Shown piece by piece: positions 41,005 through 52,700 of a stretch of DNA of 64,000 nt; positions within the stretch are counted from its first letter, which is position 1; each line of letters opens with the position of its first letter. Location of the stretch: contig CM082591.2 in NCBI GenBank assembly GCA_040954595.2, forward strand, positions 8,812,001-8,876,000. Reading direction: 5' to 3'. This stretch comes from Balanoglossus misakiensis (Eukaryota > Animalia > Hemichordata). Under the pieces are notes generated by a model. The model made no database searches, had not been told where the DNA came from, and saw only the letters and a list, made by a program, of their open reading frames with translations. Both the position numbers and the translations under genes were made by a program.

Positions 41005-41845
41005 ATGGTGTCCTTCATGTCATTTCTGGAACGATCGCGATCGTCGACGAAAAAAGTTGTTGCATCTGTCTCACGAGAGCATCATCTCGTTTTGACAACT
41101 CAAAATCGTATGCCAAACACTTAGGGGCATGTTTCGGAGCCAGCGCTGAAAGTAGGAGTGGCTATTTGTGCATGACGTGCAAAGCAAGTATCAGAAAGTT
41201 TTGCGAGGATCGATCGTTGGACTTCAGCCACTTACTTGACAAAAAAGGCCAGAAAGGTGGAAGTAAAGGACAAAGGCAGTATGGGGGACAAAGAATAAAA
41301 CTGGCAAGGTGGGAGAGTTCTTCATCCACGTCGACGAGTAGCGAGGAAATAGGCAGCGAAGGTTCCGGCTGTGACTACCGGAGTTGGTTATCTGCGGCAG
41401 GTGCATGTGGATTGCTGCCACCCGATGTCATTGTCAGTATTCTCCATCACGTAAATGTCACTGATATTGTGAATTTCACATCAACATGTTCATTTTTGAA
41501 TACATTTCGAGCTGATCCTATAATTTGGCGTCAGAAATTTATTCATGATTTTCCAGAGAAGTATGCCACACTGATATCTCATAAGGCAGGTTTTTTTGAT
41601 AACACCACATCATGGTTTGAAATTTACAAATTATCGAAATTTTCTGATCTCAACCACCAAAATGACACACAGTAATATTTAAGTCTGATCGAAGCACTGT
41701 CTGTTCAAATGAATAATGCTTCACGGAAATTAATGACCTGAAGGAAAAGTTGGCAGCAACACAAAAATCTCTCAGTGATATTTTGACCATGTCACCATCC
41801 AAACCACTCACAGTAACACAAGAAAAAATCTTCAAAACTATGACA
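41005..41845 (+). pseudogene. Intronless SINHCAF/FAM60A-like zinc finger + F-box + coiled-coil fusion gene, disabled and truncated
   Basis: CCIC..ASSRF..SK.Y....CFG...RSG.LC..C...FSHLLD at 41058-41240; F-box LLPPDVIVSILHHV..TDIVNFTSTC..D.IIWR at ~41412-41540. ATG 41005 (AAATATGG) needs +1 A in the A6 run 41050-55; stop at 41673; further frameshift ~41720. Confidence 0.72.
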
Positions 41846-41869
41846 GTAGTTCAAGAAAGAATGGGCTTA

Positions 41870-43040
41870 AAGAATGACACTTTTTGGGCAAAAACTTGCC
41901 AAAAAGGCACTTTTATCTTGAGTGGCATCAATAAAACTGCTTTTTTGGAAATTTTTCACATATAGTGGGCATATAATACATTATCAGATCTCGGAAAGTG
42001 AAGAAAATATATAAATTCTGAGTGTTTTCTGAAAATAATTTTTTTGGGGCAAAAAGTGGCAAAAATGGCATTTTTTCTTGAGTAGGATCAATAAGAGTGC
42101 TATTTCTAGAATCAGCACCATTTTTTACATAGGATGAACATTTCATATATCACATGATCTCTGAGCTATATGAAGAAAAGTTTGTTTTTGATTTTTTTTC
42201 TAAAACGGCCTTTTTGGGCAAAATTTTTCCAAAAGGGCATTTTTGCATTAGGTTGGGTCAATAAATCTGCTTTTTTGGAATAATCACCAAATTTTACATA
42301 GGGTGGGCATATAATACATTATCAGATCTCCGAAAGTGAAGAAAATATATAAATTTTGAGTGTTTTCTAAAAATGACGTTTTTGGGCAAAAAGTGGCAAA
42401 AATGGCATTTTTTCTTGAGTGGGGTCAATAAGACTGCTATTTCTGGAATCAGCACCATTTTTTACATAGAATGGACATTTCATATATCCAATGATCTCTG
42501 AATATGAAAAACACAATTTATTTTTAGTTTTTTTTGTAAAAATGACCTTTTTTGACCTCAAAAAGTGGCCAAAAATGTCATTTTTGTATTTATTGAGGTC
42601 AAAAAGACTGCTTTATTTTCTAAAGTCACCACTTTTAACATAGAATTGACTTTCCATATATCACCAGATCAATCATTATGAAGAAAACCGTGTGTTTTAA
42701 ATGTTTTCTAAAAATGACGTTTTTTGGGCAAAAAATGGTCAAAAAGGCAATTTTGTGTTGTTTTGGGTCAATCGGACTACTTTTTTCGTTATATTCATCA
42801 AATTTTACATAGAATAAGCAAATCATATGTCATCAGATCTCAGAATGTGACGAAAACAGTGTGTTTTTAGTGTTTTCTAAAAAACACCATTTTTGGGTTA
42901 AAAATGGCCAAAATAGCAATTTTGTCGTGAGTGGGGTCAATAAGACTGACTTTTTTGGAATCAGCACCATTTTTTACATAGAATGGACTTCTCAAACCTT
43001 CCTTACCAAAAATTCTGATTAACGGCACCTATCTCCTAGG
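41870..43040. repeat. ~170-bp tandem array (7 units, partly dimeric), probably the subterminal region and end of a DNA transposon
   Basis: Unit anchor (G/A)TCAATAA-like at ~41929, 42088, 42259, 42426, 42600, 42769 and 42938; ends ...AACGGCACCTATCTCCTA; opposite end not found. Confidence 0.75.
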
Positions 43041-46000
43041 GTAATTTTTAAGTATCACAATTCTCAATTCACTCCGTTGCAAATCACTACGGTTGGAAAA
43101 CGTTCAACATGAAGAGTTCAAATGTAGAGTTCTTACATGAGTAGTGACATCTCGGTTTCTTCCACCATAGTTTCAGTCTTCATGTAGAATAAAATGGACT
43201 GCTGGTAGGTCTTCATCCAACCACAGGCAAATGATTCCACTTACCGAAGACAACAAAAGGAGAATCCTGGTCTCGGCACCAAATGTGACCCCTGGTATAG
43301 GCTTGGTAATGGTGTTGTCATTTGGCATTGCGTTGTGTAATTTCAAACCCATTCGCTCAGGGGACACAGCTATACACTGACCCGACACACATTAATGTAC
43401 GTTCATGACGTTTATTTCTTTGGTCAGCGGCTCCATCTGTACTTGGCTGCTCGCATTGGCCAAGTCAGCAAAGAGAGAGAAAAGAATTACAATACTCACA
43501 AAACCAAAGAAAATATACAGAGCATACTTAACAGAAAATACTACGGCGCATAAAGTGCTTTCCGAGTCCAATATTCACACATTTGCAGCAAAAATCACTG
43601 AACATTCTCTCAAAATATTACAGATGATGGTTCTTTTAACACTAACACATCATTATATTTCAATTATAGGGGTGGATGGCAATGATTTAACGCTTGCATG
43701 GGCGATTTAAAAGGGAGAGAAAAATATTACCAACCTACTCGCATTGGCCAAGTCAGCAAAGAGACCGGTTGTGTCTCTTTGCCCCTTGAGGGCGCCGTAC
43801 ACCTGGCCAAAGTTCGCATGCAAATACGTATAGTATTATGCAAATACTGGACAGTCATTGGGTGAACACCACCGTCAATGAATTATCAGAAACTAAGCAT
43901 TATCTTTGTATATATATATTAGAAAATCACAAAAATCCGGGTCACAAGTAATTTAATGCACGTATGTCTATATCAAACCTCTCCATTGAAATGAAACTTC
44001 CGTAAAATCTGCAAAACGAGGCCGTTAAAAACTGTCTGCATGGTTCAGGTTCCAGAACAAGAAATTCACTCTTTGAAATCAACATTCTCAGGTTATTTTT
44101 TATTCTTTTACCTAGCTTAGTTTATTTCTGTAGTAAACTCTTATAGTGCTCAAGACGTTTTCTGTCATTAAAATCGATTTAGTGGGTTTGAGATATCCCA
44201 GACCCACCTTGTAGGATACTAATAAGACCGCTTGCATTCACGCAAATTTGAGCCGGATATTTCAAAGCGTTCACACAAGACTGCAATTACTGCTAGAATT
44301 ACTTTCGTTTTAACCTATTCTTCAAATTGTTCGTAAACAAGACAGCGGAATTGAAAGCAAAAAACATGCGCTCATTTATTTTGGGCTACGCTAATTTACT
44401 TTTTGCTGACTCATATGTGGTAAATGCAAAAATTCTTCTCATGTTTCTGGCATATAACTTGTATTGGTGGACACGTAGCCATATATACATCAGAAATATT
44501 TCAATTTCGTTTGTTTTGTAACGACCGCTTGCATAATATTCACGCAAATATGAGCCGGATATCTCAAAGCGTTCACACAAGACTGCAATTACTGCTAGAA
44601 TTACTTTCGTTTTAACCAATTCTTCGTAAACAAGACAGCGGAAAGTGAAATCGAAACTTGTCGTATTTCAAGACATTTTGTTTGGCTGTGCCGATTGCGT
44701 TTATGTAATCAACAAATTAGGAACGCGATTTTAACATCTTAGCCTAATTATTAAGTAACGGAAAATATGTACTTTGAGTGGATTCTTAACTCAGTAATTA
44801 CCATAGACATAAATACCAGAGACATGTTGATTTCAAAGAGTACATGAATTTCTTGTTCTGGAATCTTAAAACAACAAAATGGTGACACCATAAATAATAG
44901 TGTACCACACCAGCGTTTAATGCTAAATATATACGCGGGATGATGAACAAAATTCATTTGGTTATAGGAGCCTTGGAATTTAATTACTTTCGTTTTAACA
45001 TATGCTTAATTCTTCGTAAACAAGATAGCTAAAAAGAAAATCGGAACTGAAGTCGCACTGTAAAACATTTTGGTTCGCTTTGCCGATTGCGTTTATTTAA
45101 TCAACAAATAAGGGACGCAATTTAGACATCTTAACACAATTATTAACTAACGGAAATAAACTTAGGTTTAGAACAAAACTGTGGATTGTTCACGATGTGC
45201 GTCATTAGATGTAAGGATTTCCGACCACCACCAGTTGCACATTAATTGTTCCTAACCCGCAACATTTTAATTTTCTTACCTTCGGCAGGACCTTGTCTGT
45301 TTTAGAGGACGTCCTACGTCCTGTTAAAGCGGGTAGCTCGTCTCACGCGCATGCGCGTAACTTCCCAGGGACAGAGGCTCTCTCTCACTGCCCTTTTTTC
45401 ATTAATTATATTTGACACAAGACCCCGTTTATGTTATTCTACATGTGGATATATATTCAATCAATGTTCGACCACACACAACTTCCATCCCACTTGCAGA
45501 CAAGAGAGTGAAAAACTCGCCAAAATGAATAAACAGTAGAGACGGATTTTTCATTTTGGCGAGATTTTCACTCTCGTGACTTTGTCCCTTTATTAAAGAG
45601 TAGCAGAACAAGTGATAAGATAGAAGACCCCTTTATTGACCGTTTCCTATTTACCAGAGGTATATACACACTTCATACACACTGAACACAAGGAACTCGT
45701 GATGACATGTAGTATAGGTTGGTAATGATCGTCCGTTCGATCTCAAAATTGGCGGGCACCGTGGTGATGGTTACAATCATATAATGTCAATTAATAGAAG
45801 CAGAAGTGATTGGAGGACAGAAATTATTGAATTTAAATGCAAATAACGATAACAGGATATAACACCGTATAGCATGATAAAATACGAATCCAAAATGTAA
45901 TGACAATATCCAAAATTAGTGAACCAAATATGATAAAACTTACAACAATTTATCACGCATAGAGCTGTATTGTCAGACATTGAGTGCCACATTGCATTTT

Positions 46001-46687
46001 ACAGGATTTGAACAACGACCCAACAATTCACGTAGCAAGCAGGTATAAATTTAATTACTAATATACATATTGAACAACTTTGTACAATCATTGCTGTAAT
46101 CAAAAATGTAAAAAAATGATTGAAATACTTTTCTTGCCTTTAGTCTGCAGCTAGCACTCAGTCGTACATGTGCAGATTGTTATCCCATGTGGTCCAACAT
46201 AGGCTTATGTCATACTGATGTGTGCACGTGTTATCTATATTTAACAAAACGGCAGGACAGGCCCCCTTTCTGGAGTTGCATGAAATTATCAAGGAGTACA
46301 TTTTCCTGATAAAGATTGTCCATGATGTGCATGTGACAGAATGAAAAATTGATCTCACGAGATGATGGGTACTACAACTATAAAAATATGCGCATTAGTC
46401 ATTTTGTGCTATTCATGGCTATCAAGTAATATTTTTGATATAAAAAGTCAATGTTTAGTAAAAATTGCCCCTAAGTTCTGTTTTGCCCTATATATGACCT
46501 ATATTCTATATTCTTATACTCACTTTCGTAATCATTCATGGTAATTTCACATATATATTTGTATACAAATTGACACTATTGGTCAAAGAAGCCTGAAAAT
46601 CACTGGATAGTATTTTGTGGTGGGTTTTATGGTGATGGACATATATCCTATACTAGTTTCACCATGTCCAAATTTGATTCTGACAGT

Positions 46688-46761
46688 CTACAGCAGTTGC
46701 TGGATAGCAATAACTGTCATCATCACAATAAGTTGAACATGATATCTTCCATGACCAGGTT
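46688..46761 (-). CDS. Probable terminal laccase exon with hydrophobic tail
   Basis: Acceptor TTTTTTTCGCAG; phase-1 join gives [24 protein letters not shown]. Confidence 0.55.
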
Positions 46762-49700
46762 CTGCGAAAAAAAGACAATAATCATGATATGTAAGTATAC
46801 GTATGTACAGGTATGTGTGTGTGTTCTTGTAGCTGGCACTCAGTATGGCTGAATTCTTTACTATCAATCACGTGATCTGGCCATGTGACCCATGGCGTTG
46901 TCATTTCCAGGTGATGGGCAAACAATATTTCGGCTTCCAGTAAAAGTTTTTATGAGTTTGTTTTCACTTTAAAACTGCCAGACACGTAACATGTATCATG
47001 TATAATGCCTTATCAGCCCCATGGAATTTCGTTTGCACAGTCTTTGTCTGCACCACATTGCTGAAATTGCCCGTCATCTGGAAATTTGAATGCCAACCTA
47101 ACTGCGCCCGAACGGCATTTGATATTGAAGAATATGATTTTATTTGACCACTGAATTTAGTTTTATTTAACTGAGCTGTGTGTAAAATGTGGAAATTTGA
47201 AATCCAACGTAACTGCGCCTGAGCGCGTCTGACGTCATTTGATATCGAAAAATATCAAATATATAAAATCACCTGTAATGTTGAATAAACTTAAAGGTCT
47301 AATGCCATGCCCTATACAACCACGCGTAAAATCACTATTTGGGTCTTGAAGTTAACGTATGTTACTATCTTGCAATGCGTTTTGCCCCTTGTGCTTAGAT
47401 AACAAGCAAGTAAAAGCGGCGGGTGGGCGTGTACCCCTAACCCAACTCAGTCGAGTTTTTTCGGCTTTTTGAAGTTCAGTGGAAGGCTTATCTTGATGTG
47501 GACAAATAGTCTTTCACACCTTTGTAAATCCTCTGCCTGTAATGTAAGGCAAGGGCTTCCTTTGCTTTGAACACTGTTTATATAGCTTGTCTTTGTCTGT
47601 GGACTTAATTACTCATGGACTGCTAATTACACTTTACTGTTAGCAGAATGGTACACTAGGACGTAGTGTACTTGTTTGTCCATATGCAAATACCTTCGCC
47701 TGGCTCGAGTGCGAAGTGGCTCCCTGATCACAGGCATGAAAAAAGGGGGCAAATTCCGGCATTCGCGCACATTTTTCGGAACCGACACAATAGGCAATGC
47801 ATAGACAGGTACCCTAGGTGAGCTTTTGACGTGGAAAAATGAAAACTTTCCAAAGCATGGCATGAGACCTTTAAGCCAGGAAAATAACTTATCCAAGCAC
47901 ATGGACGTGGCATCTTGACTAGTCTGGACCTTCGAGCGAGCGAGTGTGGGTGTAGCTCTGCGTACAGGCGTGGATGGAAGCGAGCGCACGCTGTGTCAAC
48001 GATCACGAAGATCCAGACTAGACAAGAAGACACGTCTCTGTCTATCAAAGCACATAAACCACGACGTAAAATATTGCTACATGTAGGAGAGTATGGCTCA
48101 CCAGTTCCACCAACAGCCTCTTCAAACTCCTCGTCTGACCAATCAAAGTTCCCACACGTTTTGAATCCCTTGGGTGTTGGAGGCATCTTCTTGTGGCTAC
48201 CCTCCTTCAACATTAATGCCATGCCTTCTACTTGATGAATCTCAATGTGACAGTGAACAAACCACCAACCTACAGACAGTCAATATTTGTACCATTAAAA
48301 AGGGCAGCGAGAGAGAGACTTTGTCCCTTTAAGCAAACAGTAGTGGACACCTAAGAATTATCCTCACCTCGGTTGTCAGCTACAAATCGAATAATAACAT
48401 ATCCACCGACAGGTACAATGACGGTATCTTTAATTGGAGGATTGTCCAGATTTAAACCAGGGATATTGTCGCCACTCCAGTTGCCATTGGCCCATTTTCC
48501 AGCATTGCATCGCACACTGCCATTACAGTCAATGTCAGTAGTATCCTCAAGAAATTTTCCAGTTGTTTCGTCGTATTGAGGAAAGCCAACCTTCAAAACA
48601 TAGAAGTGGTGCCCATGCACATGAACAGGGTGAGCTGTTCCTTGTAGACCTTCCCCTGTGAAATCAGAGATAGCAGTATCGTATCAGGGCTCATGGCAAT
48701 TGAATTGTTTTTTATTTTCAATGCTATAACATAACACTTATTTTAATGGAAATGTTGAGCTTGCGTCCTAAATCAACTTGTATTGTGTTTAGCTAAGAAG
48801 CCACAGTTAAGAATCTTTTTAAAAGATTCTCATTAAATTGTCAAATTTGTCGAATGGAACAGTGAGAGGAATCAGCTTTAGTCCCTAACATTTGACATTA
48901 TTTTGATTGGCTTTTATGTTGTTTTTAATACTCCCTGAAATATATTCATTGACCGGTTGTCAAGGTTTCGTTCATAGGCCATACATGAATACTTCCATCA
49001 TTGAATTTCTAGTCAGTACAGGCGTATTCTTATGTATTATAACCATGTACAAAGTGTTAATTGAGCTGTAAGTCTGTTAGCATGTTTCATTGAGTAGAAC
49101 AAAATCCAGAGCCCTTTAAAGGCACATAAGCTGCAACTTTCTGGATAATTATCATAATTTTTGTTTCAAACTGTACTACCATTAGTCCATGATGGCATTA
49201 AAAACCCTAAATATGAGTGCATATGCAAGTTTTAACCAGATAAATAATAAAGCTAGGCCGCAAGTGAATATGGCCGCCACCGTGGGAAAATGCAAGAAAC
49301 AATGAAAATGTTGCATTTCCGGTTATGAAAATTCATAAACAAAAAAACATGATCTCAACTAATTGAGCTTATGGAAGTAAATGTACACCACTGAGACATT
49401 ATATTTTCCTTTTTTATTGCAATATTGCACTTTTTTTTGAAAATTACAAGAATTTTCGTTTTTCTTTAATTTTTTGCCATTTTGTCATAATTAAGTGTTG
49501 AGCTTGATATATTATCATGAAATATCATTTAATTGACATGATTAAAAGCAAATATGAGATTATTTAAAACTTTTATTTTTTAGCCAGTTGCAGCTGATGT
49601 GCCTTTAAATACCCAAAATAATGTCAAGATTAGCCTTAAACATATGAAGTTGTCATTTAAATATACTTGTTCTGTGATGAATTTCTTTGTTACTGAGCAC

Positions 49701-52700
49701 AGAAGAGAAGAATTGAACTCACCCAATCGGATATTGTAGAGAACAATTTGAACGGTATTGCCTGGTGTTATTTCTACAAAGTAGGTGCAATCACAGTGGT
49801 TTCGTTCACATTCCTCATCATTACACGGCACCATGTATTCGGAGTAATCGTCACCTGGAAGAGTCTATCAGAAGTAATAATATGGGGTTCATACAGGGAC
49901 CATTAAGGCGTCTCTGGTCAAATACTGGCATAAATTATTATGTGTGAACGGTTTAAAGGGACAATGTCTGTCTCTCGTGCTGCCCTTTTTCCATTAATTA
50001 TGTTTGATACAAGACACAGTTTATATTATTCTACATGTGGATATATAGTGAATCAACATATGAACACACACAACTTCCATCTCGTTTGTAGGATATGAGA
50101 GTAAACATCCCGCCAAAATGAATAAATGGTAAACACCGATTATTCATTTTGGCAAGTTTTTCACTCTCGTGTCTACAAGTTGGATGGAACTTGTATGTGT
50201 TTGAATGTTGATTCACTATATATCCACATGTAGAATAATATAAATGGGGTCTTGAATCAAACGTGATGAATGGGAAAAGGGCAGCACGAGAGACAGACTT
50301 TGTCCTTTTAAGTGGTCCTGAAACGTCTCTGATTTGAGACGGCTTTGCCGGCCAGACCTGAGCCGTGTAAGGATTAACCTCTTCGCAACCCATTGTCTAC
50401 GTGGCCGAGCCCCAGCGCCTACACATAAACTTTGCATGTTTGTGGACACAAGGCGACTCAAAGGAAAACAGTGTCTCTGAACTGTTTCGAATTTTCCATG
50501 TGTGAACCTGGTAAATGTTTTCATTTGTATTTTTTTGTGTGGACAAAAATACCATCACTGTGATACATGTATAAAGTGTGACCAATTATGACATGACAAT
50601 TAAATGTGGCGGATTCCACATTTGTTTGAAACACTTCCTGGTTCATTTCTATGGTTCATATAGGTTGTGTTAATAAGCCAAATTCTGGACATTTCATCAT
50701 GTTCCATGAATCTGAACAAAAAACTGCAGAAAATACACAAAAATACATACTGAAAATATAGCGAAAAGTTAGAGCTAATTGAGCTTGAAGTTTAACCTTC
50801 TAAGTCAGTCTTAACATTCTGTATACCTCACTCGAATACCATCACGGGAAACAACGACGTCTAGCAATTTGTAATTAGGCCAAAAAATAACATGCGCTTT
50901 TCCGATTACATGGTTTAAGAAATGGATAGATAGGTAGTTTATTATGGCATTTTTGTATATCTCTGGCCGTCGTTGTATAGAATGATGTCATAGTTCTTGC
51001 GAGATAAACACGATTTCATCATAGTTCTCGCGCAATATTTAAATAATAACACATGTTAGCGAGGGCTGGTGATCTGCGGCTCGGGCATCATCAATATTAT
51101 GGTCAGAGATCACCAGCCCTCGTGCAGGCCAAACATCATCATATTGCCCGAGCATGACATGTGTTATTAATTTTATTATACCGAACAAACTCTTACGCAT
51201 GTATACATGATTGACAACACAGAACACATGTCAACTTTTAACACTAATAAATCTTTAATTTGCAAGATAACGTCAACTTTTAACAACATTTTTTTTAAAT
51301 TTTGCCAATACTACGGTTTATTTCTTCACTGCTTCTGCCCCCCAAAAATGTTAAAATTCCCCCCTGTTATCGTTGCGTTGGAAAATAGTGATGCAGCTGC
51401 TGATCTTGGCCTGTCAATATGTACGCGCGGAGACAGTGGATGCAGTTTCTCTGTGGAGTGAGCCTGAGAAATTACAGGGGACAGTGGAGGGTGTTCTTTC
51501 CGATCGGTTTGTTTTCATACCAAACGCTATCACTGACATGATACTTATCGCGTGGACGTTGAAACAGAGCATCACATGCCGGGTTCATCTGCACGGACAG
51601 GACACTCTAGTGGGTTTGATGAGTTGACGTACATAATACCACCCGACACCCCGTCATCGTCGACCTGATGGTTCTTCGTCACTTCACTGCCGACCTGAAT
51701 AACAAACTTGTTACCACTATCGTCCGCCTTTATTTCAAAATGTTCTACGCGGAGATCCCGTTGACCTTCTCTCCCACGTCGGCAAAAATAAAGCATGATG
51801 TTGAACCAAACTTTGTGAATTAGGACGGTCGCATCAACATCGGAGCGAGAAAAATAGCTCGCGAATTTCTTGAGGTCGCCCGGAAGTATCGCTGGCTTGT
51901 GAACGACGTTTCCCTTTCCTTGGCTTTTCAGCTGCTTACATACGGCCGTGAACATCTTGCGGCTTTCAGAAAACTCTTCGCCATTTACAATATCAAAGTT
52001 ACGGCGCAGTGGTGGTTGACTGTAGTAACGCTGGATGCCATAGCGAAGTGACTGCAGTGATTTTTGGGAGTATTTTTCTCCTTTCTGTGTACGTACCTCT
52101 GGGTAGAACGTTGTCAACGCGGAATCAAGAGTCGCCGCTGTGAACCGCTCCAATTCCCGGTCGCCGTACCCGAACTTGCTAGTCAAATAATGTTTAAACA
52201 CAGAGACAGCGCCGTTCATCGCCATTCTTGTATTCTTACTGTCCATTTCGATTAAAATACTGTCCAGCTCAGCTGGAGATAACTCTGCATGCCGCCGTGA
52301 AGCCATAGCTAGCTGTACAACGGGAAATCACACAACTGGCAGTGCACCAGCGAACGACAATTTGTTATGCGCAGAAAAGTTGCGCAGAACCTAAAACCCT
52401 TACTCAGCCTGTAATATACACTCAGCGCGCGCGTATCCCCGGCCCGTAGCCCCTACCTACGGGCCATATACTCTGTCAACCATGTAATATCACGTTCTTT
52501 TCTATGTCACGTGGTATGGTCTCAGCCAATCAATAGTACGGAATACAGAGTGAGGTATAATAATCATAACTTTTGTATACATGTATTTGACATCGTTATT
52601 TTTACTTCTGAGTTTTCGACGCTCTAAAAAAGTTTAGGGTCGGCAGGGGAAAATTAGGGTAGGTAGGGTATTCGGAACAGCACATATTTTTATTTATGCC

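Larger units (their letters stand above)
50878..52700. mobile_element. TTA-TSD MITE hosting a Crypton insertion
   Basis: TTA|GGCCAAAAAATAACATGCGCTTTTCCGA ... TCGGAACAGCACATATTTTTATTTATGCC|TTA (degenerate TIRs). Confidence 0.65.

Noticed and set aside
41047-41058. Programmed -1 frameshift linking ATG 41005 to the zinc-finger frame
   Set aside because: The A-AAA-AAG heptamer is not in phase with the ATG frame; a 1-bp loss or homopolymer error is simpler given the other disablements.
47728-48101. Long read-through C-terminus of the laccase
   Set aside because: Begins at a good splice donor, has no recognisable features, and a phase-compatible terminal exon exists downstream; not excluded without RNA data.
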